Positions 26,487-38,854 are shown, counted from the first letter of the stretch. The stretch: 64,000 bases of DNA from Hemiscyllium ocellatum (GCF_020745735.1 NC_083445.1:9548001-9612000), one strand, 5' to 3'. Made by a program: numbers and translations. Notes: generated by a model from the sequence alone, not told the origin.

Positions 26487-27960
26487 ATAGGAACAGGAGT
26501 AGGCCATTGAGCCTGTTCCACCATTCTAGATCAAGGTGATCTTCTCCCTCAATGCCATATTCCTGAGCTATACCCATGTTGCTTGACATCAATTGTAACA
26601 AGAAACCTGTCAATTTTTGTCTTGAACTTACTCAATGACCGAGCCCTCAGGGGTAGAGAATACCATATATTCACTACAATCTGAGTGAAGGAGTTCCTCT
26701 CCATCTCAGGCTTAACTGCTTTTCTGAGACTGTGTCCTCTGGTTCTAAACCACATAGCCTGGCAAACATCCTTTCTGCATATACTCTTTCTATTCCTTTA
26801 AGAATTTGGTAAATTTCCAAGAGATCACCTCTCAATCCTCTAAACTCCAGAGAATGCAAACCCATCCTTCTTAATCTTTCCTTGTATAATGGTTCCACCA
26901 CCCCAGGTATCAGTCTGGTGAACCTCTGCTGCAGTCCCTGTGTGGCAACTATATCTTGTCCTAAGCAAAAGGCTCAGAATTGCACACAATACTTCAGGTA
27001 TAATCTATGTTCTATTGAAGCAGGACTTCTTTGCTCCTGTACTCAAATTGTGTTCCAATAAATGTAACATGACATTTGCCTTTCAAATTGCTTGCCAGCT
27101 TTTGGTGACTTATCAATAAGGATATCCAGAATTATTTGAGTTTCAATACTTTCCTATCCCTATTTTTCAAAGACGCACTCTGCACCTCTCTTCTTCCTAT
27201 CAAAGTGGATAACCTTACACTTAATCTATTTTATATTCCATCTGCCAGTTCTTGTCCAGTCATTCAACCTGTCTAATTGCCCTGAAATCTCTTTGCGTAC
27301 TTCTGACAACCTCCATCAAATCTGTGAACACTAAAATCAGTCACCACACCCAGATATATCCTATGCAACATTTTCAGGTCTGTTATAACACACCTCTGGA
27401 GGAAGTGGGACTTGAACCCAGACTTCCTGATTCAGAGGTAGAGACATACCACTATACCACTAGAGTACCTTGATCACTGCATCTATACATTGACATAGAT
27501 TGTTCCCAGTTAATGATCCCCCGGTACCCCATGTGGCACAATGGTAGTGTCCCTATCTCTAGATTATTAAGGCTGGGATTCAAGTTCCATCTTGTCCCAG
27601 AAGAGTTTCATAACACATCTGAGCACATTGATGAAAGAATATGTACTCAACTGGTTATAACATGCTAACCTAAGAATTACCCATTTATTCCAGCTTTATT
27701 GCCTATTAACAATTGTCAATCTATGCCAGTATATTACCTCTATGCATTTTACATTTTTTTACTAACCTCTTGAGTGGGACTTTATCAAAAGCTTTCTGAA
27801 AATTGAAATAAACCACATTCACTGGTTTCCCTTGAACAGCTCTGCTAATGACATCTTCAAAAAACTCTATTAAGTTGGCCAAACATGGTTTCCCATTCAT
27901 AAGTCCATGTTGACTCTATCCAATCAGAAAATTATTTTCTAAAAATTTCTGTAATCACAA
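26487..27960 (-). mobile_element. CR1 LINE fragment (degenerate, interrupted)
   Basis: YKERLRRMGLHSLEFRGLRGDLLEIYQILKG and RTRGH peptides; DFQKAFDKV-like sequence near 27780-27800. Confidence 0.8.
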
Positions 27961-28599
27961 CCTATATAATAGATTCTCCTATTTTTCCTGTGTTGCACAT
28001 CAGTGTAACAAGGTAAGTTATCCCTCACTTTCTCTCTCCCTCCTGTCATATTCATGGGGTTACATTTGCAACCATCTTCAGGCACTATTGCAAGAAAAAA
28101 CAGAATTAGAATGGAGTGACAGTAAGACAAGGTTGCATTTTCCTTTGCCTATTGGCATTTTAAGGTTTCTTCTCTAAATCCACTGATGGTGATGATGTTG
28201 AAACCACATTCTTCGGCAAATCCCTTCAGTTCTCTGGTAGTGAATGGGGTTCCATTAACATATTTTATTCTTTCAGTAATTCCTTGCATGGTGAACAGAA
28301 TTCATGCTACAGAAATGTTTGTTGTGGCTCCTAGGTCTTCCACCTTATGGTTCTTTGAGTAGTATTCTGCAATTGTGAGGTTTTTATATTGCAAAAATGT
28401 ACTTTATTCAGAAAAGCTGTTATGTACATACACAGTTACTGAAGCTTGTTCTGTACAGTCTTTGCACATGAAGAACAAACAAACATTGGAATTTGGCAAT
28501 CCCCACAGTTTTAAAAACTTAAGGCATTTCTTACTTACACTAGACAATATTTATATACATTTGAGACAGCTAGCGGGTCTCATAACTGAACGGACCACA

Positions 28600-29720
28600 T
28601 TGTAGTTTATCAGAAAGACCTTAGGTGATGGTCTTTTCCCAGTGCGTCTTGGCGTCAGCTGTCCATCTCCTCTTTTGGACTGTGTTGATGTACTCCTGGA
28701 GCATATTGCAAGTAGACGTTGTTGAAGAAATCTTCTGGGCTCACTTGCAACTTTTAGATGAACGGATGAAGAAACAAGTAAGTGAGAGGAAAAAATGTCA
28801 ATTTCCTAATGGGGGAGTTAGTCTTGCAATTACTTGCTCAGAATCTTTCAGATTGTTTGATCTTTCTGACCTTCACATACCCTGTGCATTCACTCATTTG
28901 TTCCGGTTGTAGAAGGAGGTTATTTGGCACATCATAACAATTGCATGATCAGCATGCTCTGAATACTCATTAATTCCTGCTGGAATCATGCTTAAGGTTG
29001 CAAACCTGACTGTGTACAAGTTATATACACCTAGCAGAGTAGACGTCTCCTTCCAAGAAGTAAACGCTCCTTCAGTAACTCAACTTCTTCAGAAACAAGG
29101 CACCACTTTGTGCAACCATGAAGCCTGACTGTGTCAACCAGCTTGTGAGAAGTCTCAGTCATTGCCCATAGTCCTTGCTATGGCACACCTCTGGAGCAGA
29201 TAGGAAGCACTCAATCATGGGATGTCGATTTGTTCTGGCAGTATCTGTGGCGTGCAATATTGTGAGCTTGTCTTTTTCAGTTAACCCATTTTGTAATCCA
29301 GGTTGCGCAGATCCCCAAATAACGTGATTTGGCAGACATTCATCTATGTTCTGAAGTTTGTATTTCTCAAGCTGCATTTTTCAATTGTGTTATGAAATAG
29401 TCAGCCCTGTTCACCTGATTCTTGCCTCAGGTCTTGAAATTCAGATTGAGGATTGAACTTTGACTGGAGATGGGTGCTGAATGTTTCAAAAACACTTTGC
29501 CTGGAGTTTTGCGATTGCCTTCACATAATTTCTGGCTATTAAACAAATTTAAACCTCTCTTCTCTGCTCACAAAATGAAGTAGTTGAGCCTTTTCTCTTC
29601 ACTTGAGCCTTTTTAAAAGCTACTGAATGTTAGTCTGCACTTTTGTTTAAACTTCTCAGTTGCATCTATGCCATCTTCAGTCTCCCAATTTATTCTGGGT
29701 TGGAGGTGTATGTTCATTGC
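28600..29720 (-). mobile_element. Degenerate Ty3/Gypsy-like LTR retrotransposon gag remnant
   Basis: Hand translation across stops/frameshifts: PRINWETEDGIDATEKFKQKCRLTF...GLNLFNS...EFQDLRQESGE..DYFITQLKNAA...IDECLPNHVIWG...LTEKDKLTILHATDTAR, a Gypsy gag-type pattern. Confidence 0.6.
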
Positions 29721-29796
29721 TGCTGCCACAGTCATTATGTTAATGAATGATTTATTTAATTTTTCTTGCCCTTTCTGGCACTAATTGAGTTTTATT

Positions 29797-30340
29797 GAAT
29801 CACAGAATCATAGAGTCATAAGACACAGAAACAAACCGTTTAGTCCTCCTCATCCATGCCAACCAGGTTCCCCAAACTAAACTAGTCCCATTTGCCTGCA
29901 TTTGCCCCATATCCTTCTAAACCTTTCCTATTCATATACCTGTCCAAAGGTCCTTTTATATGTTGTAATTGTACTTACCTCTACCACTTCCCTGGCTGTT
30001 CATTTCATATGTACACCAACCTCTGTGGAAAAAAGCTGCCCTTTAAGTCCCTTTTAAATCTTTCCCTTCTCACCTTAAACCTATGCTCCCTAGTTTTGAA
30101 TATCCCTTTTCTAAGGAAAATACCTTGACTATTCACCTTATCTATGCCTCTCATCATTTTATAAACTCCGATAAAGTCATCTCTGAACCTCCTATGTTCC
30201 AGGGAAACAAGTCCCAGCCTATCCAGCCTCTCCTTATAAATCAAACCCTCCAGTCTTGGTAACATCCTTGTAAATCTTTTTTGTACTCTTCCCAGTTTAA
30301 AAACATCCTTCCTATAGCAGGGTAACCAGAACTGAACACA
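29797..30340 (-). mobile_element. CR1 (HER1-like) LINE 3' end
   Basis: CVQFWLPCYRKDVFKLGRVQKRFTRMLP...YKERLDRLGLVSLEHRRFRDD; catagagt-type tail. Confidence 0.85.
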
Positions 30341-30679
30341 TTTGAATTGATCCTTAATTTTGTTCAAAATGTTTGGGTTCATACTCACAGAAAACCCACA
30401 GCTACTGGTCATCTGGTTCCCATAGTTTTGAAATGAGCACAAAATGCTGCAGTTGCATTGAATATTTTTCTTTCAATTTCTCACATGGACTGACACATTG
30501 TCACTCGGCACGTGTTGTGCAGCAGTAGCTGTGGCCCCCGAATGTAAATTGTCAGAACAATTAGTTCCTTGCTCCTTATGAACAACACGACAATCCAGCT
30601 GCTATTGACTGCACTGAATCAACGTCAGAGATTCAAACTGTGAGGAATCAGTGGTTCAAGGCAGAAAATTACACTAAAC

Positions 30680-31570
30680 TTTAGAAATCCCTAGTTAGGC
30701 CTCAACTTTGGTGCTGTGTCCAATTCTGGGCACCACTCTTAGAGAATGGTGCTAATGCCTTGGAGACAAAGTTAAAAATCACACAACACAGGTTATAGTC
30801 CACAGGTTTAATTGGAAGCACTAGCTTTCGGAGCGCTGCTCCTTCATCAATTGGACCTGTTGGACTATATAACCTGGTGTGTGATTTTTAACTTTGTACA
30901 TCCCAGTCCAACACCGGCATCTCCAAATCATGCCTTGGAGACAATGTAGACAGCATGCTTGGAGGAGGAGGGCGTCACTCTTATGGAGAGATGAGTAAAA
31001 TTGAATTCATTTCTTTAGTGCAGAAAGGTAAATGGGAAGTTTAGTAGAAATGTTCAAGTTGAAGTGTCTTTGTAAAGCGTGATTAAAGTGCAGTTGTTTT
31101 CACTGGTGAGTCAGTCAATAACCAGAAAGTGCATATTTGAGGTAACTGGGGAAAAAGTGGATCTGGTAGCATTGTGATAATGAAACTTGAGTAGTTAATT
31201 CTAAGGCCGTGTGGAATGTTTTGGAGGAAGAGTTCAAATTCCTTTTGGTAGCTTAGGGAATTCAATCCATGGATTAAAATGCTAGCTTCAGAGTGAAGGG
31301 ATGACCTTTTAGAACTGGGATGAGGAGGAATTTCTTAGCCGGAGGGTAGTGAATCTGTGGAACTCATTGCAGCAGAAAGCATTGAGGCTGAGTTACTGAA
31401 TGTACTTAAGACAGAGATAGCTAGGTTCTTGATTGGTAAGGGGATCAAAGGTTACGGGGAGAAAACAGGAGAATTAGGTTTAGAAACGTATCAGCCATGA
31501 TTGAATGGTGGATCAGACTGTATGGGCTGAATGGCCTAATTCTGCTCCTGTATCTAATGGTCTTATGATC
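30680..31570 (+). mobile_element. CR1 LINE fragments
   Basis: ccctagttaggcctcaac...gtccaattctggg (LVRPQL...VQFW) and a 3' UTR ending gggctgaatggcctaattctgctcct. Confidence 0.7.
30768..30930. mobile_element. Miniature PLE fold-back element (family 2)
   Basis: Same arm sequence as 5262-6098 folded into ~165 bp; flanking direct repeat atgccttggagacaa (30755-30769 and 30930-30944); inserted in CR1. Confidence 0.85.
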
Positions 31571-31687
31571 ATGAAGCTATTTGAGTGGATTGAATAAATT
31601 CTTTAAATTTACGAATGTTCTTAAGGAAAGGAAGTCTGACATCTTTCTTTGGCCTAACTTCCGTGTGATTCTAGACCCACATCAATA

Positions 31688-31856
31688 TAAGACCATAAGA
31701 CATAGGAGTGGAAGTAAGGCCATTCGGCCCATCGAGTCCACTCTGTCATTCAATCATGGCTGATGGGCATTTCAACTCCACTTACCCGCATTCTCCCCGT
31801 AGCCCTTAATTCCTTGTGACATCAAGAATTTATCAATCTCTGCCTTGAAGACATTT
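31688..31856 (-). mobile_element. Young CR1 3' tail fragment
   Basis: taagaccataagacataggagtggaagtaaggccattcggcccatcgagtcc, with CpGs retained. Confidence 0.7.
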
Positions 31857-32264
31857 GGTTAACTCTTTACTGCCCTTCAAATTGGCTTCACAAGCCAGTC
31901 AACCTGATGAAGGAGAAAGCACCATATGCAATGCCTAAATTCAAGATGTCTATTCACCACCACCTTCCCAGGGAAATTAAACATTGGACTCGCTCGGCAC
32001 TACTTACAAACCAAGAATGAATACAGAAAAAAAAATTCAACCAATTGGAATGCACTGCCTGAAAAAGAATGTTAGAAGTGCATACTATTCCTTACAAAAA
32101 AGAATCCATTTGTAGAGCAATGGGAAAAAGAGGAGTGAGGTGAAACAATGTTTTAAAAACCAATTCATGGGATGTCATGGCTAGACCAGCATTTATTGTC
32201 CATCTCCAATAACGAGTCAATCCTCATTGCTGTGGATCTGGTGTCACACATAAGACACACAAGT

Positions 32265-32430
32265 AACAGAAAGCAAAGAACTCTGGATGGTGAAAACCTG
32301 AAAGCAAAACAGAACTTGCTGGAGAAACTCAGCAGATCTGGCAATATCTGTGGAGAGAAAACAGAGTTAATGTTTTGAATCCCGTGACCCTTCTTCAGAA
32401 TGTCTAAAGAAGGGTCACTGAACTCAAATT
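32265..32430 (-). mobile_element. PLE pLTR-like short element (family 3) with an internal inversion
   Basis: ctggagaaactcagcagatctggc...gtgacccttcttcagaa then the inverted aagaagggtcac; minus strand gives CTGAAGA-AGGGTC-ACGG-GATTC-aAAA; inserted in a SINE. Confidence 0.6.
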
Positions 32431-33979
32431 ATCTATGTTTGTAGACCAGACTAGGTATTTCTTCATTAAAGACATGAGTCAAACAAATGGGGTTACAGCA
32501 ACCAAAAGTGGTTACACAGTTGCTATTGAACCAAATTAATTTTTAACTTCCAAGACTCACTAAATTCAAGCTTTACCACAATGGGATTTGAACTCATGCC
32601 CTCAAACATTGTTTTGTAGCTCTGGATTACCAATCCAGGGACAATATCACTACAGCTCACACCAATGTAGCAGATCAAAATGACCTACTTCTGTATTATA
32701 AGATTCTATGATTTGACTATTGCAAATCCTTAGCCATGCAAGCAAAGATTCTTGTGAAAGAGGAAACTTCAAATTTTGCAAAATATGAAACTCTGTGAAA
32801 AAGGAGACACACCAAAAAAAAATGACATTTATGCATTTAGTGGTGGCTTGGCAGTGCTTTAGCTATGTAGTAGATGCAGAATTGTGGTGGGTGAAATGGC
32901 AATATAGATTGTTGAAATTGAACTTAGGTAGAGAGTAGGTTGCTGTGCCTGAAGCTAGTTGCTGTGATTGTTTTGACATTGCACCAAACTTTTCCTACTG
33001 TTGCTAACATAAGTATGGTTCTCCCTAAAAATGCTTCTTAACTTCCTGTTCCACTGTTGTGTTGTAACAGAGAACCCCACTAGATGTTTTGTGTTTATTT
33101 TGACTGTCTGATAGGCAAGCAACTAAATTTTCCTGATTGAGAGGATGAAATCAAGCCACCACAGGACTGCTTCCACATCAGAGCGAGACAACTGGCAAAG
33201 AGCCTCTGACAAAATGTGAAGTTGAGAAGGTGTGACCTCAGCTGATATGGGAATTAACTCATGTGGTTAGCATTATAAGTTAGCTGTCCAGCCAACTAAG
33301 CTAACCAGCCCTTTGAGAATAGTGTGTAGTTAATAGTATAACTTGGGTCTGTTGGCGTTTTCACCACTTTTAACTGAACAGTGGTCTCTGGTTAACACTT
33401 GTAGCATTACAGAGCTGTTATAAATAGTGGTGTGCCTATAATCATCTTGTTTTTCTGGGATGGCACTGTAGCTTGTAATTGAGCTTATAATGCCTAACAG
33501 CTGTGATAAAGGTGCATTTTGTTTCTTGTACGGAGAGTGCACTTGGGCTTCATGGATCAATGCTACTTTTTAAAAAATAAAGTTGTAAAAGTTAGTATTC
33601 TTAAATCTGCTGCAAATCTCAATTTATATCAGCTTCATCAAGAGGTTACAACCCACAGTTCAACAGCTGTCCCCTTCTGTGACATGACTGGCCAAATAAA
33701 TGCCACGTATCCAAATATGCCTCATCTCCCAGATTGGACATTAATCCAAGAAATATGCATCTTTCTTTTGGAGAGGAAGTCGAGGGGAAATGCACTCATC
33801 TGACTGTATTGCTAAGTTATGAGGATTGAAAATTCTCATCCTTGTGTTCACATCCCTCTATGGCCTCCCCATCTCTGGGACTTTTTCCAAATCCACAACA
33901 TTGTAGTTCTCCAATTCTGGCCTTCTATGCATTCAAAATTCATTCACTCCACAGGCTGTCAGCCTCTAAAAGTCTGTCT

Positions 33980-34310
33980 TGCCTCTCAAAACTTGGTCCA
34001 TTTTCCAGAACTAGGGGTCATTGATTAAAATTAAGAGGATGCCCATTTTAAAACAGAGATTAAGTCTTTATTTTCTCTCATAGAGTTGTGAATTTATGGA
34101 ATTCTCTTCCTGACAAGCTGATGGAAGCAGAGTCTTTAAGTATTTTTAAAGCAGGGACCAATAGATTCTTATCAAACGGGCGGATGAAAGGTTATGAGGA
34201 ATGGGAAGCACTGCAGATTTGTAGTTACAATCAGATCTGCCACGCTTTTATTGAATGATAGAGCAAGCTCAGGGGGCTGAATGGCCTTCTCCTACTGTTT
34301 GTTCATATGT
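33980..34310 (+). mobile_element. CR1 3' fragment inserted in an L2-like remnant
   Basis: tccagaactaggggtcat (SRTRGH)...ggggctgaatggccttctcct. Confidence 0.65.
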
Positions 34311-35471
34311 TCAAAAGACTTATATAAAAAAAAAGCACCTCTTTTTTGGTTCTCCAGTTGCTTCTTCCAATGCCTCCTCATGTGACTGGATGCAAACCCT
34401 GCTCCTATAAAGCACCTAAGTCTTCTTAATACATTTAATAAATGCTGTTGTGGTTGCGACTGCTAGTCCTTCACCCTGTAGTCTGAGACATAGTGCAATG
34501 CTAATTTTCTGATTATTATAGGATCTGAGTCTACACAAGTGCATCTGGGTGATAATAGAGTGCAGGACACAATGTTACAGCTGCTGAATTTGCCAGAGTT
34601 TGTATCTAATCCTCACATCACAGAGTAGATGCATGCTAATGTGAATAAAGTTGCTAATCTTTTATTATGATCACCTCAGATCTGGAACAGCATATCAGCA
34701 CTATTAAAATCTTAAGTGGGTCTAACTATCATGCACACTTTAAAAAGGAATATACTACAGTAGGACCTCAGGTATCCTGACATCTCAAGGCTAGCAGTGA
34801 CCTGCAATTTTAAAATGGCCACAATAAATGTACAATATTATTCTTCCCTTCTCCCTGCCTCCATCAACCAACACCTTTCTGTTCCTCTGCTAAAGGTGCA
34901 AATTCACATATGGGCTGTTGTTCATGTTCCTGTTTGTGGAAAATCAGCTGATGTATTGACCTCCATTGAGACAGCTATGAAAATTCAGACACCCTGAGAG
35001 CATTAAAGGTACCATACAATGGCAAGTCTTCTTTTGCTTACAGGTAAATAATTTGTCAATGCTAACTATTCAGGCTCAGGAATGGAGAAAATGGATGTGT
35101 TAGAGAGTTAGCTTTGATTAGGGCTCTCTGAAGAAGACTGGAGAGAGGTTCCCTGCTCTTGCTTGAAAAGAATGCCTTGAGAACTTTTATGTTTTCTCAG
35201 GAGGGTGGGGAGGCGATGTCCTAGTGGTGGGCTGTGAATCCAGAGACCTAGGTAATGTTCTGATTTTGAATCCTGCCAAGTAGATGGCAGAATTTGAATT
35301 CAAAGAAAAGCTCTGGGAATAAGAGTCTAATGATGACCATGAAGCCATTGCTAATTGTCAGGAAAAACACACTGGTTCACTATTGTCCTTACCTGGTCTG
35401 GCCTACATGTGAGCTGCAAATGTGTTGCTGGTCAAAGCACAGCAGGCCAGGCAGCATCTCAGGAACAGAGA

Positions 35472-35507
35472 ATTCGACGTTTCGAGCATAAGCCCTTCAT
35501 CAGGAAT
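35472..35507 (-). ncRNA. Minimal type I hammerhead ribozyme motif in the PLE pLTR
   Basis: Minus strand reads ATTC-CTGATGA-A-GGGC-TTAT-GCTC-GAAA-CGTC^GAAT: intact core, helix II, helix I ATTC/GAAT, and palindromic ACGT in place of helix III. Confidence 0.8.
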
Positions 35508-35659
35508 AAGAGAGAGAGAGCCAAGCAGGCTAAGATAAAAGGTAGGGAGGAGGGACTAGGGGGAGGGGCGATGGAGGTGGGATAGGTGGAAGGAGGTCAA
35601 GGTGAGGGTGATAGGCCGGAGTGGGGTGGGGGCGGAGAGGTCAGGAAGAGGATTGCAGA

Positions 35660-37441
35660 TTAGGAGGGCGGTGCTGAGTTAGAGGAAACCAACTGAGACA
35701 AGGTGGGGGGAGGGGAGATGAGGAAACTGGAGAAATCTGAATTCATACCTTGTGGTTGGAGGGTTCCCAGGCGGAAGATGAGGCGCTCCTCCTCCAGCCG
35801 TCGTGTAGTTGTGTTCTGCCGGTGGAGGAGTCCAAGGACCTGCATGTCCTCGGTGGAGTGGGAGGGAGAGTTAAAGTGTTGAGCCACGGGGTGATTGGGT
35901 TGGTTGGTTCGGGCGGCCCGGAGGTGTTCTCTGAAGCGTTCAGCAAGTAAGCGGCCCGTCTCCCCAATATAGAGGAGGCCACATCGGGTGCAGCGGATGC
36001 AATAGATGATGTGTGTGGAGGTACAGGTGAACTTGTGGCGGATATGGAAGGATCCCTTGGGGCCTTGGAGGGAAGTGAGTGTGGAGGTGTGGGCGCAAGT
36101 TTTACATTTCCTGCGGTTGCAGGGGAAGGTGCCGGGGGTGGAGGTTGGGTTGGTGGGGGGTGTGGATCTGACGAGGGAGTCACGAAGGGAGTGGTCCTTG
36201 CGGAACGCTGATAGGGGAGGGGAGGGAAATATATCCTTGGTGGTGGGGTCCGTTTGGAGGTGGCGGAAATGGCGGCGGATGATACGTTGTATGCGGAGGT
36301 TGGTGGGGTGGTAGGTGAGAACCAGTGGGGTTCTGTCTTGGTGGCGGTTGGAGGAGCGGGGCTCAAGGGCGGAGGAGCGGGAAGTGGAGGAGATGCGGTG
36401 GAGGGCATCGTCGATCACGTCTGGGGGGAATCTGCGGTCCTTGAAGAAGGAGGCCATCTGGGCTGTGCGGTGTTGGAATTGGTCCTCCTGGGAGCAGATG
36501 CGGCGGAGACGAAGGAATTGGGAATATGGGATGGCGTTTTTACAGGGGGCAGGGTGGGAGGAGGTGTAGTCCAGGTAGCTGTGGGAGTCAGTCGGTTTAT
36601 AATAGATGTCTGTGTTGAGTCGGTCGCCCGAGATAGATATGGAAAGGTCTAGGAAGGGGAGGGAGGAGTCTGAGACAGTCCAGGTGAATTTCAGGTCAGG
36701 ATGGAAGGTGTTAGTAAAGTTGATGAACTGTTCAACCTCCTCGTGGGAGCACGAGGCAGCGCCGATACAGTCATCGATGTAGCGGAGGAAAAGGTGGGGG
36801 GTGGTGCCAGTGTAGTTGCGGAAGATGGACTGTTCCACATATCCTACGAAGAGGCAGGCATAGCTGGGGCCCATGCGGGTGCCCATGGCAACTCCTTTAG
36901 TTTGGAGGAAGTGGGAGGATTGAAAAGAGAAGTTATTCAGGGTGAGGACCAGTTCAGTCAGTCGAAGGAGGGTGTCAGTGGAAGGGTACTGGTTGGTGCG
37001 GCGGGAAAGGAAGAAGCGGAGGGCTTTGAGTCCTTCGTGATGGGGGATGGAGGTGTACAGGGACTGGATGTCCATAGTGAAAATAAGGCGTTGGGGACCG
37101 GGGAAGCGAAAATCCTGGAGGAGGTGGAGGGCGTGGGTGGTGTCCCGAACGTAGGTGGGGAGTTCTTGGACCAAAGGGGACAGGACCGTGTCGAGGTATT
37201 GGGAGATGAGTTCGGTGGGGCAGGAGCAGGCTGAGACAATGGGTCGGCCGGGGCAGGCAGGTTTGTGGATTTTGGGCAGGAGGTAGAAACGGGCGGTGCG
37301 GGGTTGTGGGACTATGAGGTTGGAGGCGGTGGATGGGAGATCCCCTGAGGTGATGAGGTCCTGGATGGTCTGGGAGATGATGGTTTGGTGGTGGGAGGTG
37401 GGGTCGTGGTCAAGGGGGCGATAAGAGGAGGAGTCCGCGAG
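35660..37441 (-). CDS. PLE reverse transcriptase/GIY-YIG endonuclease ORF (N-terminally truncated)
   Basis: Motifs FYLLPKIHK, GRPIVS, TMDIQSLYTSI, QTKGVAMG, RYIDD, FLDL, YYKPT, a Cys-rich linker (CNRRKCKTC...C), IIYCIRC..C..LYIGETGR...RFREH, and GTLQPQGMN. The first ~36 aa of the 629-aa track ORF come from flanking SINE/junction sequence. Confidence 0.93.
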   Translation of the reverse strand, partial: LADSSSYRPLDHDPTSHHQTIISQTIQDLITSGDLPSTASNLIVPQPRTARFYLLPKIHKPACPGRPIVSACSCPTELISQYLDTVLSPLVQELPTYVRDTTHALHLLQDFRFPGPQRLIFTMDIQSLYTSIPHHEGLKALRFFLSRRTNQYPSTDTLLRLTELVLTLNNFSFQSSHFLQTKGVAMGTRMGPSYACLFVGYVEQSIFRNYTGTTPHLFLRYIDDCIGAASCSHEEVEQFINFTNTFHPDLKFTWTVSDSSLPFLDLSISISGDRLNTDIYYKPTDSHSYLDYTSSHPAPCKNAIPYSQFLRLRRICSQEDQFQHRTAQMASFFKDRRFPPDVIDDALHRISSTSRSSALEPRSSNRHQDRTPLVLTYHPTNLRIQRIIRRHFRHLQTDPTTKDIFPSPPLSAFRKDHSLRDSLVRSTPPTNPTSTPGTFPCNRRKCKTCAHTSTLTSLQGPKGSFHIRHKFTCTSTHIIYCIRCTRCGLLYIGETGRLLAERFREHLRAARTNQPNHPVAQHFNSPSHSTEDMQVLGLLHRQNTTTRRLEEERLIFRLGTLQPQGMNSDFSSFLISPPPTLSQLVSSNSAPPS

Positions 37442-37624
37442 CGTGGTCAAGGGGGCGGGTTCTATAGGCCTACATGTGACTCCAGACCCACAGCATTGTG
37501 GCTGACTCTTAACTGCCACCTGGGCAATAAATGCTGGCCTAGACAGCAATATCCTCTTCCTATGAATAAATAAATAAAAAGAACTTCACTCCTAATAATG
37601 AACTTTTTCACGTAAGTATCAACT

Positions 37625-38330
37625 TAGAACAAAGAACAAGGAAAATTTACAGCCCATGAAAAGGCCCTTCGGCCCTCCAAGTCTGAGTCGATCCAAATGT
37701 ACTGTCTAAACCTGTTGCCCAATTCCTAAGCATCTGTATCCCTCTGCTCCCCACCTACTCATGCATCTGTCCAGACGTATCTTAAATGAATCTACTGTAC
37801 TTGCCTCAACTACCTCTGCTGGCAACGCGTTCCAGATGTCCACCACCCTCTATGTGAAGTACTTGCAGCGTGTATCACCCTTAAATTTTTCAGCTCTCAC
37901 CTTGAATGCGTGACCTCTCACTATTGAATCCTTCTTCCTGGGAAAAAGCTTGTCTATAACGTTCGTGATTTTGTAAACCTCAGTCGGGTCCCTCCTCAAT
38001 CTCCTTTTTTCTAATGAAAACAAATCTAACCTACTCAACCTCTCTTCATAGCAAGCACCTTCCATAACAGGCAACACCCTCGTAAACCTTCTCTGCATCC
38101 TCTCCAAAGCGTCCACATCCTTTTGGTAATGTGGCAACCAGAACTGTACATAGTATTCTAAATGCGGCTGAAACAATGTCTTGTGCAATTTTAACATGAT
38201 TTGCCAGCTCTTATACTCAGTACCCCATCCAATGAAAGCAAGCATACCATTTGCCTTCTTGACCACTCTATCCAACTGTGCCGCAACCTTCAGGGTACAA
38301 TGGACCTGCACTTCCAGGTCTCTCTGTCCA
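37625..38330 (-). mobile_element. CR1 LINE 3' portion
   Basis: 153-aa ORF VVKKANGMLAFI...PHLEYYVQFWLPHYQKDVDALERMQRRFTR...YEERLSRLDLFSLEKRRLR; agaacaa tail. Confidence 0.88.
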
Positions 38331-38399
38331 TCAACTTAGCATTTGGAATGGGACTTGACCTTATGAAATGGAGGCCTTACATCTTGTCTTTTGTTTTTC

Positions 38400-38770
38400 T
38401 TCATTCTTTCATTTCATGAATACTATCAAGACCTGGATTTATTGCCCATCCCTAATTGCCCTTAAAGTAAGAGCCTTGCTCGGGCCATTTCAGAGGGCAA
38501 TTAGGAGTCAGCCACATTGCTGTGGGTCTGGAGTCCCATGTAGGTCAGACCAAATAAGGACAGCAGATTTCCTTCCCTAAAGGGTAGCAATGAATCAAAT
38601 GGGTTTTTATAACAGCTAACAATGGTTTCATGACAAATATCGCTGAGATTAGTTTTGTAGTTCAAACTTTATCAATTGAATTCAAATTCCACCAGCTGCC
38701 ATTGTGGGATTCTAACCACTGTCCTTCGAACATTAGCCTGATTTTCTGGATTTCTAATAATGACAACATC
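38400..38770 (-). mobile_element. SINE family A copy
   Basis: cacattgctgtgggtctggagtcccatgtaggtcagacc is the reverse complement of the family core. Confidence 0.7.
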
Positions 38771-38854
38771 TACCCCCATCTCAGGGCTGCCCAGAGCCAG
38801 TTCCCCTTCCTGATGGGTTAGATTGGAGAGGTTGAGGTGACCTTTATTAGAGTA

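Larger units (their letters stand above)
35413..37466 (-). mobile_element. Penelope-like retroelement (Neptune-type), 5'-truncated, young
   Basis: Uninterrupted RT + GIY-YIG frame; 3' UTR/pLTR with a hammerhead motif; perfect 13-bp TSD ggcctacatgtga (35400-35412 and 37467-37479); inserted inside a SINE. Confidence 0.95.
35210..37580 (+). mobile_element. tRNA-derived SINE (family A) split by the PLE (35210-35412 and 37467-37580)
   Basis: Halves rejoin as cctggtctggcctacatgtgactccagacccacagc. Other copies at ~38400-38770 (-), ~39083-39545 (+), ~53705-53900 (+) and ~57550-57915 (+). Confidence 0.75.

Noticed and set aside
35743-37239. Alternative-frame and antisense ORFs (221, 177 and 132 aa) within the PLE
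   Set aside because: By-products of the C-rich, stop-poor composition of the element.
37442-37549. N-terminal 36 aa of the 629-aa ORF
   Set aside because: Lies in the junction, the TSD and an antisense SINE, with a TTG start; not part of the PLE protein.
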